Below, one piece after another: positions 1-8,973 of a stretch of 64,000 bases of DNA (position 1 is its first letter; each line of letters begins with the position of its first letter). Source of the stretch: Marinicella sp. (GTDB taxonomy: Bacteria; Pseudomonadota; Gammaproteobacteria; Xanthomonadales; Marinicellaceae). Under the pieces are notes generated by a model. That model saw only the letters and a program-made list of their open reading frames with translations. It was not told the origin of the DNA and did no database searches. The DNA lies in NCBI GenBank assembly GCA_965230295.1, contig OZ246001.1:1920001-1984000 (forward strand), read 5' to 3'. Made by a program: the position numbers and the translations under genes.

Positions 1-93
1 AATGCAGTGGCTGACCGACGTTCAGAAAATCGGGCAGAAGATGACAACAAATCTGATCGCCGTCAACAAGCTGATCGCCGAAAAAAGAAGTAA
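1..93 (+). CDS. 3' end of a gene truncated by the window edge (…NAVADRRSENRAEDDNKSDRRQQADRRKKK*)
   Basis: Frame 1 is open from base 1 to TAA at 91-93, with repeated DRR motifs, and converges on the next gene. Confidence 0.5.
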   Translation, partial: NAVADRRSENRAEDDNKSDRRQQADRRKKK

Positions 94-100
94 TTATCTG

Positions 101-1216
101 TTATAAAACAGTGGTTTGAATTTTTTCTGGGTTGAGTGCTGACAGGTACTCATCCAAGGTGATGATATCGACACAGGGTTGTACACCGCAGCCGATCTTT
201 TGCGACAAAATTTTTTCTGAGATGATCACGGCTGGAATGGCAGGGATTTGAGGCCCGTGATTGTCAAATGCTTCAATATACCAAGTTTTGTTGGCCTGTC
301 TCCGGGCAGAAGTCGAACCAGTTATTGTTACATGCATACCGCCGTCTGTACTTCCTAATGGATCGAACCATCGACTGATTTTCAGTAATACAGCAGCATG
401 ATTGGCTAATTTGACAGGCAACCCCAACCTGACCAACCAAGAAGCCAACCAGATCGATACATGCAGTAATTTGCTTTCCATTCCAGCTGAAAAGGTCAAT
501 GTCTTGATGTCATAAAAATCAGAGAACAGGTCTAAGTCAGGTGCTTCACAGTTGCCCATCATCCTTGATTTAATATTGGGGTATTTTTGTAAATAGGTGT
601 TTTGCCAGCCAAAGCGTTTGCTGCGGCTCCCTGACCACGGCTGCAATGCTTTGCCGACATAAGACAACACCGCTTGGGTGGTGGCCAACCCGCGATCGGT
701 TCTCTGGCCTGGCGAAATGCCAATGTTGACTTGCTCAAAGCCATCGATATCAAATTGACCCTTTAAATGAGTCAGTACAGCTGAGGACAAAGCAGGGACT
801 GTGCTGGCAGCTGTGATGGCGGTGACGTTATGGTGTTCGGCCAATTGACCCAATTTGAGCATCTGTTGTACATAATCTCGACCATCTGCCAAATCAATGT
901 AATGGCAGCCTGCGCTGATGATGATTTTGGCGATGTTGGTATCTTGCCCCTGGAAAGGGCCGCAGGTGTGGATCACAATTTTGGGTGCAAGTTGCTTGAG
1001 TTGAGCTTTCAGTTCTGATTTAACATCAAAACAAGCCACCGAAACTTGCGCGTTGGTTTGTTGGCTTAGGATGGTGTTTTTTAGAGCGTTTGCTTTGTTT
1101 AAGTTCCGGCCGTTGATGATGACATGGATGTTTTTGGCACACAGGCGCTCAGCCATCCGACTGCCAAATGTGCCGTAGCCACCTAAGATCAAAACCCGGT
1201 CAGTTAAGTCGCTCAT
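101..1216 (-). CDS. Saccharopine dehydrogenase-like NAD(P)-binding oxidoreductase
   Basis: Rossmann motif VLILGGYGTFG, plus IHTCGPF and HYIDLADG. Start placed at ATG 1216 (MSDLT), overlapping the DUF4166 gene end. Confidence 0.8.
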   Translation of the reverse strand: MSDLTDRVLILGGYGTFGSRMAERLCAKNIHVIINGRNLNKANALKNTILSQQTNAQVSVACFDVKSELKAQLKQLAPKIVIHTCGPFQGQDTNIAKIIISAGCHYIDLADGRDYVQQMLKLGQLAEHHNVTAITAASTVPALSSAVLTHLKGQFDIDGFEQVNIGISPGQRTDRGLATTQAVLSYVGKALQPWSGSRSKRFGWQNTYLQKYPNIKSRMMGNCEAPDLDLFSDFYDIKTLTFSAGMESKLLHVSIWLASWLVRLGLPVKLANHAAVLLKISRWFDPLGSTDGGMHVTITGSTSARRQANKTWYIEAFDNHGPQIPAIPAVIISEKILSQKIGCGVQPCVDIITLDEYLSALNPEKIQTTVL

Positions 1217-1805
1217 GAAAAATGCCGGTTTGATAAAATGTTTGTTGTAACCATGAATGGTCCATCGAGATGGTGAACCGGAATTCCCCACCGCCTAAAT
1301 CCTGGTGGATCACATGGGTTTCGCCTGGGCTGAGCCAATGAGGTAAAGGTAAGTACCATTTGATGAATTTCCAAAAATAGCGGGTACTTTTAAAATGTAG
1401 TTCGCCGTTTTCTGCAAACACATCCAAAAACATACCAAAACCGCCGCCCACCATCTCCATCATCTGACCCTGATCGTCTTTTTTTACAGAGGTCACACTG
1501 AATGGTTTTTTTCCTGGAAAAAAATAGGTTCTGCGCCAATACACGCCGGGTTGGTTTTTACGTGTGGTGAGTTCCACTTTCATTTCAATATTTTTACCTT
1601 GGTATGGGCTTAAGGGGTTACCGATGACCTTGGTTAACAAAGCGAACAACCAGCCCGCTTTGGAACAGCGAACCACCTCCATGATGCCTTCATAAACAAT
1701 GGGCTGATCTTCAGTAGGCAAGCGATTAAAGCGCCGCTGAACATTCGGATGCAGTTGGTGCCAATGTGCACCTAATTGCCATTTGATGGTGTTGTGGTCT
1801 TGCAT
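1200..1805 (-). CDS. DUF4166 domain protein
   Basis: Motifs WHQLHPNVQRRF, YWRRTYFF, LPLPHWLSPG and FRFTISMDH. This family is typically adjacent to saccharopine-dehydrogenase-like genes. Confidence 0.75.
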   Translation of the reverse strand: MQDHNTIKWQLGAHWHQLHPNVQRRFNRLPTEDQPIVYEGIMEVVRCSKAGWLFALLTKVIGNPLSPYQGKNIEMKVELTTRKNQPGVYWRRTYFFPGKKPFSVTSVKKDDQGQMMEMVGGGFGMFLDVFAENGELHFKSTRYFWKFIKWYLPLPHWLSPGETHVIHQDLGGGEFRFTISMDHSWLQQTFYQTGIFHERLN

Positions 1806-1871
1806 TATTGATGTCCTTTTCCCTGAGCTGACATTATACTATGGAAGCGCCATTAACCCCATCTTATTCGC

Positions 1872-2474
1872 ATGATTGAAGCCTACATCAACTTGATTTT
1901 GTTTGCCTTTTTGATGCTCGGTACACCAGGGCCTGCGACACTTGCGGTGGCAGCTATTGGTGCTGTTTTTGGGATCAGACAAGGCATGTTGTTTGTGGCT
2001 GGTTTGTTGTTGGGTTTTGCTTTTGTGCTGATCATTGAAAGCTGGGGTTTATCAAAGCTGTTTACACAATATCCTCAAGCCAAACAATACTTACAGTGGT
2101 TCGGTTTGGCCTATGTGATTTATTTGGCCTTTAAAATCAGTACTGCTGATTCCGGATTAAAACAGGGGAAAATGAGTCAAGCCCCTGGTTGGCTAGATGG
2201 ATTTATTTTGAATGTCACCAACCCCAAGGCTTATGTAGCGGTTTTGGTGATTTACACCCAGTTTTTATTGCCACATGACAACACCATCACAGCCTATATG
2301 ATCACTGGCGTGGTTTGTTTTGTGTTGGTGTTGTTGATTGATTCGGTTTGGTTGTTTTTGGGACAGTTGCTGCGGCCATTGTTCAATCGACCCAAAACCG
2401 CCAAAATCATTCGATGGGTGTTTGCTGTTTCAATGGTATTGGCAGTGGTGTTGATTGTGTTGTTCAGTGAATAG
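1872..2474 (+). CDS. LysE/RhtB family translocator
   Basis: TPGP and NVTNPKA motifs with several hydrophobic helices. Confidence 0.85.
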   Translation: MIEAYINLILFAFLMLGTPGPATLAVAAIGAVFGIRQGMLFVAGLLLGFAFVLIIESWGLSKLFTQYPQAKQYLQWFGLAYVIYLAFKISTADSGLKQGKMSQAPGWLDGFILNVTNPKAYVAVLVIYTQFLLPHDNTITAYMITGVVCFVLVLLIDSVWLFLGQLLRPLFNRPKTAKIIRWVFAVSMVLAVVLIVLFSE

Positions 2475-2524
2475 GGTAACGATCAGGTTTGACTGAGAAT
2501 CAGATTTAATGTGACAATGAACAC

Positions 2525-3211
2525 ATGTACAAGGAACTTAAGGTTGAAAAAATATCAGGGACCGTCCTGAAACTCAAAACCCGCATCAATGACCGTTTTC
2601 CGAACTCCGGAATTAAAGGCGTGTGTGAAGAGTTGCTACAGTGTGGCAAAGGGATTGAAGCCAAAATTGACTATATTTCAAAGCCCAACCGTTGGATTCA
2701 AGCAGCAGTTTTGTTGGTGGTGCTGACGTTTGTGGCCACTTTGGTCTACACAATCAGTGTCATTGAATGGGAGTTCAGTAAGCCATCATTGTCTGAGGTC
2801 ATTCAAATCACTGAAGCCCTGATCAACGACATTATTTTGGTGGGAGCTGCGTTGTTTTTTATCTTCACCATTGAAAATCGCATCAAACGAGACAAAGCCA
2901 TGAAAGAACTGCATAAATTGCGGTCATTGGCCCATATCATAGACATGCACCAATTGACCAAAGATCCGTCAATCGTACACTCAGACTATACCAAAACAAA
3001 GCATTCTCCAGACCGCACAATGAGTGCATTTGAATTACAAAGGTATTTGGATTACTGTGCAGAAATGTTTTCTTTGATTGGCAAACTGGCCGCTTTGTTT
3101 CCAGAGAAATTACCTGAACCTGCCATCATCTCTGCAGCCAACAACATCGAGTCACTGTGTACGGGCTTGAGTCAAAAAGTCTGGCAAAAAATGGATTTTT
3201 TGCGTCGATGA
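2525..3211 (+). CDS. Hypothetical membrane protein with two TM helices
   Basis: 228-aa ORF with two hydrophobic segments and a conserved-looking LRSLAHIIDMHQLTKDP stretch. No function recognised. Confidence 0.7.
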   Translation: MYKELKVEKISGTVLKLKTRINDRFPNSGIKGVCEELLQCGKGIEAKIDYISKPNRWIQAAVLLVVLTFVATLVYTISVIEWEFSKPSLSEVIQITEALINDIILVGAALFFIFTIENRIKRDKAMKELHKLRSLAHIIDMHQLTKDPSIVHSDYTKTKHSPDRTMSAFELQRYLDYCAEMFSLIGKLAALFPEKLPEPAIISAANNIESLCTGLSQKVWQKMDFLRR

Positions 3212-3243
3212 AAATATTTCTGAAAAAAATTGATAAAAATTTA

Positions 3244-3269
3244 TAACCAAACCCAATTCAGCTGCGTTT
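3244..3269 (+). promoter_or_regulatory. Candidate ECF-type autoregulatory promoter (AAC-N17-CGT)
   Basis: TAACC at 3244-3248 and CGTTT at 3265-3269, directly upstream of the ECF sigma ATG at 3278. Confidence 0.5.
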
Positions 3270-3277
3270 AAGCTGAC

Positions 3278-3829
3278 ATGATGAATGAAATCGATGACAA
3301 AACGGTTGCCAGAGCAACCCAAGGTGACAAAAATGCCTTTCGCCTGATTGTGCTGCATTATGCACAAGCGGTGAACCGCATGGCTTATCGATACACGGCA
3401 GATGCCAGTTATGCAGAGGACATTGCTCAGGAAACATTCATCAAGGCTTTTCAAGCCATCAGTAGGTACCAGGCACAGGCCAAGTTTTCCACTTGGTTGC
3501 TGCGCATCACCACCAACACATCGATTGACTATTTACGGAAAACGAACCGGCAAATGGCCCATTCATTGGATGACGAGGACAATCAATTGGACATACCTGA
3601 TGATGGCATGGAAGCGGTGGATCAACTCGATCTGAATCAACGGTTGATGCAGGCGATGTCAGATTTAAGTGATGTTGAAAGGCTGGCCATTACCATGAAA
3701 CATCACCAGGGCTATTCTATCGATGAGACTGCCAAGGTCCTGAAACTCAAAAACAACGCCTGCAAACAAACCATATTCAGAGCGGTGCAAAAGCTCCGCA
3801 AACAACTGACCTTAGAGGTGAGCGCATGA
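3278..3829 (+). CDS. ECF-family RNA polymerase sigma factor
   Basis: Region 2 (AEDIAQETFIKAF, FSTWLLRITTNTSIDYLRK) and region 4 HTH (YSIDETAKVLK). Confidence 0.93.
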   Translation: MMNEIDDKTVARATQGDKNAFRLIVLHYAQAVNRMAYRYTADASYAEDIAQETFIKAFQAISRYQAQAKFSTWLLRITTNTSIDYLRKTNRQMAHSLDDEDNQLDIPDDGMEAVDQLDLNQRLMQAMSDLSDVERLAITMKHHQGYSIDETAKVLKLKNNACKQTIFRAVQKLRKQLTLEVSA

Positions 3830-4569
3830 AACGCACAGATGATGAAAAATTATTGATGATTTATTTCAATGAAGCCGATCAAAAAACAGTCGATGACTGT
3901 CTCAAGTCGGCGGAAACATGTGAACAACTGAACCAACTGGAGGCAGACATGAATGCCATTAACAGCGCCCCTGAACAACATGAACTACCGGCTGATTATG
4001 GCCAACAGTTGTGGAACCAAATAGCCGATCAACTGGAATCTCCAGAGCCAAACACGGTAAGTCATACATCCTGGTGGCAGAAACTCATCAACAGTTTGAT
4101 GATGCCGCAATATTCTTTGGCCAGTTTCGCCCTGGTCATGGGTTTGGTTATGGTGGCTTTTTACGCCGGCCAGCGACAAACTGGAGTCACGATAGATAAC
4201 CAGCTGCAAGAACAGCTGCTGGCCCAAAACATTCAGTTACACCTGACTCAAAGTGAAATCTTTTTGACCCAGGTTAGTAACGGCAATGGCGCTTTTAATT
4301 CACAGGCCACAGCCCAACGCTTGCTGTCATCGAACCGAATTTTTAAACAAGCATTGGCCAATCACGACGGCCAATTCACCAGCCAGCTACTGCAGGATCT
4401 GGAACCGATTTTATTGGAACATGCCAATGGTGAACACACTGGCAGTCCAAACCAAACCCATGGCCAACAACCCCAACCCAACTGGGTCAATGATTCCAAG
4501 TCAAATGACCTGATGTTTCAAATCAAAACCATGAAGCAGCAGTTGGCGCAGAAAAACGACATTATTTAG
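3826..4569 (+). CDS. Putative membrane-anchored anti-sigma factor
   Basis: ATGA overlap with the sigma gene. Has an N-terminal cytoplasmic domain, one TM helix (YSLASFALVMGLVMVAFYAG) and a helical C-terminal domain. Confidence 0.7.
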   Translation: MKRTDDEKLLMIYFNEADQKTVDDCLKSAETCEQLNQLEADMNAINSAPEQHELPADYGQQLWNQIADQLESPEPNTVSHTSWWQKLINSLMMPQYSLASFALVMGLVMVAFYAGQRQTGVTIDNQLQEQLLAQNIQLHLTQSEIFLTQVSNGNGAFNSQATAQRLLSSNRIFKQALANHDGQFTSQLLQDLEPILLEHANGEHTGSPNQTHGQQPQPNWVNDSKSNDLMFQIKTMKQQLAQKNDII

Positions 4570-4579
4570 GAGCACTCAA

Positions 4580-6130
4580 ATGCTGAATAAAATTAAAAAC
4601 ACATTATTGATAGGACTGATGGTATGCCAATTCAGTGCCTTTGCTGATGACAAAAGATCAGGCAACAACCGAGATCAGGATGCCAAAGAAGCTTATGATT
4701 TTGGTAAATCATCCATGCAAAGCAAGGACTGGCGTGATGCCATAGAAGCGTTTCGCAAAGCCGCCAGAAACAAACGCTTGAAAGCGGCATCTAATTATTG
4801 GGAAGCGTATTCATTGTATCAAATCAAGCAAAGGGCCCAGGCCAAGCGTTTGTTGGAAAGACTGATCAGAAATCATCCGGAAAGCGAATGGGTAGATGAT
4901 GCCCAAGTGTTGTTGTTTGAACATGGCGACGGCGGAGAAAATGCCAGCCACCAAGCAGCCTTGGATGAAGAACTGAAGTTGTTTACCCTCCAACAAATCA
5001 TGTTCAACAATCCAGAAAAGGCTTTGCCTAAAGTGTATGAAATGTTGGAGCAAAGCAATTCTGAACGTGTCAAAATGAACGCCATTCAATTGCTCGGCAT
5101 CAGTGACAGCGAAGCTGTGGTTGATTATCTGTTCCGATTCATCGAGCAGGAAGAAAATGAAGGCTTACAACACCAGGCCATTCAGATGTTGAGTTTGCGT
5201 GGTGGTCAAGCCAGCCGCCAAAAACTTAAGCAACTGTACAGCAACAGCCAAAGCCGAGATGTTAAGGCAGCCATCATTCAAGGGTTTATCCACCATGATG
5301 ACAGCAATGAACTGATCGCTCTGTTGAAGCAGGAAAAAGACCCTGATTTGAACATCAATATGATCCGCATGCTGGGAATCAAAGGTGAATCTGCGGCATT
5401 GAAAGACTTGTATAAAAACTCACAAGGCAAGGCCAAAAGAGCCATCTTAGAAGCACTGGCTTTATCTGGTGATGCCGAATATTTGTATTACGTCATCGAT
5501 AATGAAAGCAACCAAGACATCAGGAACCAGGCGATCCACTCATTGATCATGGTGGATGACGACAACATGGGTGATTATCTGGCCAGACTGTATGAGAAAG
5601 CCAGCGATTCATCAGAAAAAGACGCAATCGCCAGTGTTTTTATTGCCACCGATGTGGATGACGATGTGATTGTTAAAATTTATAAAAGTGAAAACGACCG
5701 GGAACGTAAACACAGCTTGTTGAACACACTGATGGCGATGGATTCAGTGGCTGGGTTACAAGAGTTATACGCGATTGAAACAGATCAAGACACCAAGTCT
5801 GACATCATCCGTCTATTCGGTGTGATGGATGCCACTGATGTGTTGATGGGCTTGTATGAGTCGGATCCGGATTTGGCCAACAACCGCACCTTCTTTGAAG
5901 CCTTTGGCATGTCTTCATCTGAATTGAATGTAGATTTCTTAAAGGATCGCTTCAAGGCCGGTGATGAGGATGTCAAAGCAGGTGTATTACAGGCCCTGAT
6001 GATGCAAGATAATTCCACAGCCATGGTTGAATTACTTAAATCAGAAAAAGACCATGAAGTGAAAAAAATGATCATAAAAATGATTGGTATCACCAATCCT
6101 GATGCGCTGATTGAAGCCATCGAAGACTGA
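4580..6130 (+). CDS. Exported TPR + HEAT-repeat protein
   Basis: Signal peptide ending AFA, TPR-like segment (ASNYWEAYSLYQ…HPESEWVDDA) and many HEAT-like repeats (RVKMNAIQLLG, DIRNQAIHSL). RBS AGGAG. Confidence 0.75.
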   Translation: MLNKIKNTLLIGLMVCQFSAFADDKRSGNNRDQDAKEAYDFGKSSMQSKDWRDAIEAFRKAARNKRLKAASNYWEAYSLYQIKQRAQAKRLLERLIRNHPESEWVDDAQVLLFEHGDGGENASHQAALDEELKLFTLQQIMFNNPEKALPKVYEMLEQSNSERVKMNAIQLLGISDSEAVVDYLFRFIEQEENEGLQHQAIQMLSLRGGQASRQKLKQLYSNSQSRDVKAAIIQGFIHHDDSNELIALLKQEKDPDLNINMIRMLGIKGESAALKDLYKNSQGKAKRAILEALALSGDAEYLYYVIDNESNQDIRNQAIHSLIMVDDDNMGDYLARLYEKASDSSEKDAIASVFIATDVDDDVIVKIYKSENDRERKHSLLNTLMAMDSVAGLQELYAIETDQDTKSDIIRLFGVMDATDVLMGLYESDPDLANNRTFFEAFGMSSSELNVDFLKDRFKAGDEDVKAGVLQALMMQDNSTAMVELLKSEKDHEVKKMIIKMIGITNPDALIEAIED

Positions 6131-6203
6131 CCACCCACTCAATTAATTAATAATCCATTTAACCAGCGCTGGGTCCTGTGACTCAGCGTAACAGGAGATT
6201 CTT

Positions 6204-7415
6204 ATGTCTAAAATAAAGCAAAAATTTACAACAATGATCAGGTCTACAGCCTTGATCTCTGTTGCTTGGAGTGCCACAGGTTTGGCACAGTTTCAACAAC
6301 TTGATGTCAATACAATTGATACCAGCTTAGACCAATACACCGATTCAATCAATCATGACGGTTGGTTTGCTTACAGCGTTCCGGCTGCCAAAGGCACTGC
6401 CTCCATGTGTTGTTATAACAAAGGCAAACAATCGGTTTGTGATTTGAACAAAACTCAACACGGCTATGGCTCATCGAATCACAGCCCAGATACCGATAAC
6501 ATCCATGTGTTTGTTCATGTAGATGATGGGCAGGTTGATCGCATGATGCCCGTGGGAGATCATTGTGAAGTCAAAGCAGAAGGGGTCACTGTCGATTGGT
6601 TAACCGGTGTCAGCAGTCGAGACAGCATCGAATGGCTGCAAGGTCAAATTGTTAACAACAACGAAGGTGACCACAATGGTGGCTTGTATGTGTTAAGTCT
6701 GCATGCAGGTAATCAAGCGGCAAAAGCCATTTATGATTTGGTCAAAGAGCAGGCCGGTGAATATTCGGAACAAGCGGTGTTTTGGCTTGGTCAAAGGCAG
6801 CAAGATGGTTTTGCTTACTTACAAGACTTATACCAGGAGCTACCAGTAGGTGATGTCAGGCGCAAACTCAATTTTGCCTTAAGCCAGAATCGCACCGCCG
6901 AGGCGGTGGCTTTGCTCAAGAAAATTGCCCAACATGATCAAGATGACGGACAACAAGCAGACGCCATTTTTTGGCTCAGTCAAACCGATGATGTGGCTGA
7001 CTTACCCAAGTTTTTGATTGATTTGATGAGTACGTCAAACAACGATGAAGTGAAAGACAAGGCCGTTTTCTCACTGTCGCAAATCGACAATGAAGAGGCC
7101 AATCAGGCAATGGCCAAATTGGTCAAAGACCACAAAGATGCTGAGGTTCGCGAAAAAGCCTTGTTTTGGTTGGCCCAGAACAGTCCGCAACAGGCACAAA
7201 AAGCAGCCATGGACTTATTACAATCAGGCCATGACGAAGGTGAACAAGAAAATGCTGTCTTTGTCTTGTCCCAGTTGCCCAGTGAACAGTCAGCAGCAGC
7301 TCTGTTGAAAATTGTCAAAGGCAACTATGCCCGTGGGGTTAAAAAGAAAGCCCTGTTCTGGTTGAGTCAGTCTGACGATGAACAAACCTTAAAACAATTG
7401 GAAGACCTGCTTTAA
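6204..7415 (+). CDS. Exported HEAT-repeat protein with a Cys-containing N-terminal domain
   Basis: Signal peptide, MCCY…VC…HC segment, and repeats of (A/V)xFWL(S/G/A)Q. RBS AGGAG. Confidence 0.75.
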   Translation: MSKIKQKFTTMIRSTALISVAWSATGLAQFQQLDVNTIDTSLDQYTDSINHDGWFAYSVPAAKGTASMCCYNKGKQSVCDLNKTQHGYGSSNHSPDTDNIHVFVHVDDGQVDRMMPVGDHCEVKAEGVTVDWLTGVSSRDSIEWLQGQIVNNNEGDHNGGLYVLSLHAGNQAAKAIYDLVKEQAGEYSEQAVFWLGQRQQDGFAYLQDLYQELPVGDVRRKLNFALSQNRTAEAVALLKKIAQHDQDDGQQADAIFWLSQTDDVADLPKFLIDLMSTSNNDEVKDKAVFSLSQIDNEEANQAMAKLVKDHKDAEVREKALFWLAQNSPQQAQKAAMDLLQSGHDEGEQENAVFVLSQLPSEQSAAALLKIVKGNYARGVKKKALFWLSQSDDEQTLKQLEDLL

Positions 7416-7431
7416 TTGTTAGATTCATCAG

Positions 7432-7473
7432 TTGCAAAAGCCACAATATATTGCCAGCATTGTGGTTTTTGCA
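7432..7473 (+). terminator. Hairpin downstream of the ECF/HEAT operon
   Basis: Inverted repeat TTGCAAAAGCCACAAT…ATTGTGGTTTTTGCAA. Confidence 0.55.
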
Positions 7474-7565
7474 ATAAAAAGCACCAATAATATGTGAACT
7501 AATTCACGCTTTTTTGATGATTTCTGTGTTAGGGTAAAGGTGATTGAGACAATTTCAGATCTGTA

Positions 7566-7892
7566 ATGAGCCACACTTTTGCCATACAAGTTACCTTAAA
7601 AGCCGTGAAAGGCAAAGGTGATTACTTGGCACAAATCATGTTAGAGGCTGCAGACATCATCGAAAACCTTCCAGGTTGTCAAACTTATATTGTGATTCGT
7701 GCCATGTCTGATCCGGACCAGGTGATGATCACTGAAATATGGGACAGCCAACAATTGCATCAAGCATCCATGGCCAATAAAGAAGTACTCAATTTAATCA
7801 ACTCAACCCGATCTCTGATCACCCACATGGAACACCACGCTGGTCGCCCCATCAACCGAGAGACCAGCATTCTCAGACCAATTTGTGCTTGA
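7566..7892 (+). CDS. Antibiotic biosynthesis monooxygenase (ABM) family protein
   Basis: PGCQTYIV and ITEIWDSQQLHQAS motifs; 108 aa. Confidence 0.8.
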   Translation: MSHTFAIQVTLKAVKGKGDYLAQIMLEAADIIENLPGCQTYIVIRAMSDPDQVMITEIWDSQQLHQASMANKEVLNLINSTRSLITHMEHHAGRPINRETSILRPICA

Positions 7893-7999
7893 TTTTCGAA
7901 TTAAATAATCAAACAAAACCATCTGTATTCGACGTAATCCCAGTAGAAGATCCACATAACTCTGTTATAAAATAATGACTTTCAACTCAGCAATAACGA

Positions 8000-8351
8000 A
8001 TGTCGATTATGCCCGTTTGTGGTGTGATAATGACTCCGAAAGTCCCCAAATGTCTGGCTGTATTTTTTGGGACCACACAGGGTTTGAAAGTTGAAAAAGA
8101 ATATCGTGGTGATTAGCAGCTGCATTATGGGGTAGACATGGGTGGGGTTCATTTTGGAATCCATCCTCCAGAGAACATGAAAGTGTACAGCGTTGGTTGT
8201 GCAAATACCCGGTTGATGTTTAAAACAACCACAAGCGAGACAATTAACCGCCACGCATGATGAAGGTTTTGGTTTATTGACCAACTATGAACACCCGGAA
8301 GGCAATACATGTAATATTGTCAAATTAGAATATGAATTTAGCAATCATTGA
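8000..8351 (+). pseudogene. Degraded VOC/glyoxalase-family gene
   Basis: Reads MSIMPVCGVIMT…EKEYRGD*QLHYGVDMGGVHFGIHPPEN…, then in a second frame HDEGFGLLTNYEHPEGNTCNIVKL, matching the VOC DPxGN C-terminus. Contains internal stops and a frameshift. Confidence 0.55.
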
Positions 8352-8929
8352 TGATGAAAAAATCAACCAAAGCCAATGAGCTCATTGATAAAGCTTGGTC
8401 TTTAAGGTGCCAAGCCATGGTGTCATCCACAGGGTTGACGGAACGACAAAACTTGATGGAATCGGCCCACTTAAAATTGCTTGAAGCGGTGGTCATTTGT
8501 CGAGCCATTGGTGCTCAATTTGAATTGGTGGATGCCATGCGAAAATTGGGTCATATTGAACAAGACTTGGGCCAAATTGAAGAATCAAAAAAGTGGTACG
8601 AAGATGCCGTAGAAGAGGCTCGAGAATTGAACGACAACATGTTGGTGGCACACTCGGTCAGGCATTTGGGTGATATTCACTTGAGTCTAGGTAGCACAAA
8701 AGTTGCTGACATGTGTTATGCCGAGGCATTGATGCTGTATAGAAATCATGAACCCGTCCCCACACTTGATTTGGCCAATGCCATCAGACCTATGGCCATA
8801 CTGAAAGAAGAAGCGGGGTTAACTGAGGAAGCCAAAAACCTGTGGCATGAAGCGCGAGATCTATATGCCAACGCTGGGATACAAGCGGGTGTGATCGAAT
8901 GTTCAAATCATTTGAACCAGTTAAGCTGA
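8351..8929 (+). CDS. Tetratricopeptide-repeat protein
   Basis: TPR-like helical repeats (AMRKLGHIEQDLGQIEESKKWYEDA, SVRHLGDIH…YAEALMLYR). Confidence 0.75.
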   Translation: MMKKSTKANELIDKAWSLRCQAMVSSTGLTERQNLMESAHLKLLEAVVICRAIGAQFELVDAMRKLGHIEQDLGQIEESKKWYEDAVEEARELNDNMLVAHSVRHLGDIHLSLGSTKVADMCYAEALMLYRNHEPVPTLDLANAIRPMAILKEEAGLTEEAKNLWHEARDLYANAGIQAGVIECSNHLNQLS

Positions 8930-8973
8930 TTATGAAATGTACAGGCTGATCCTATAGCGAATGCCAAATCCGT

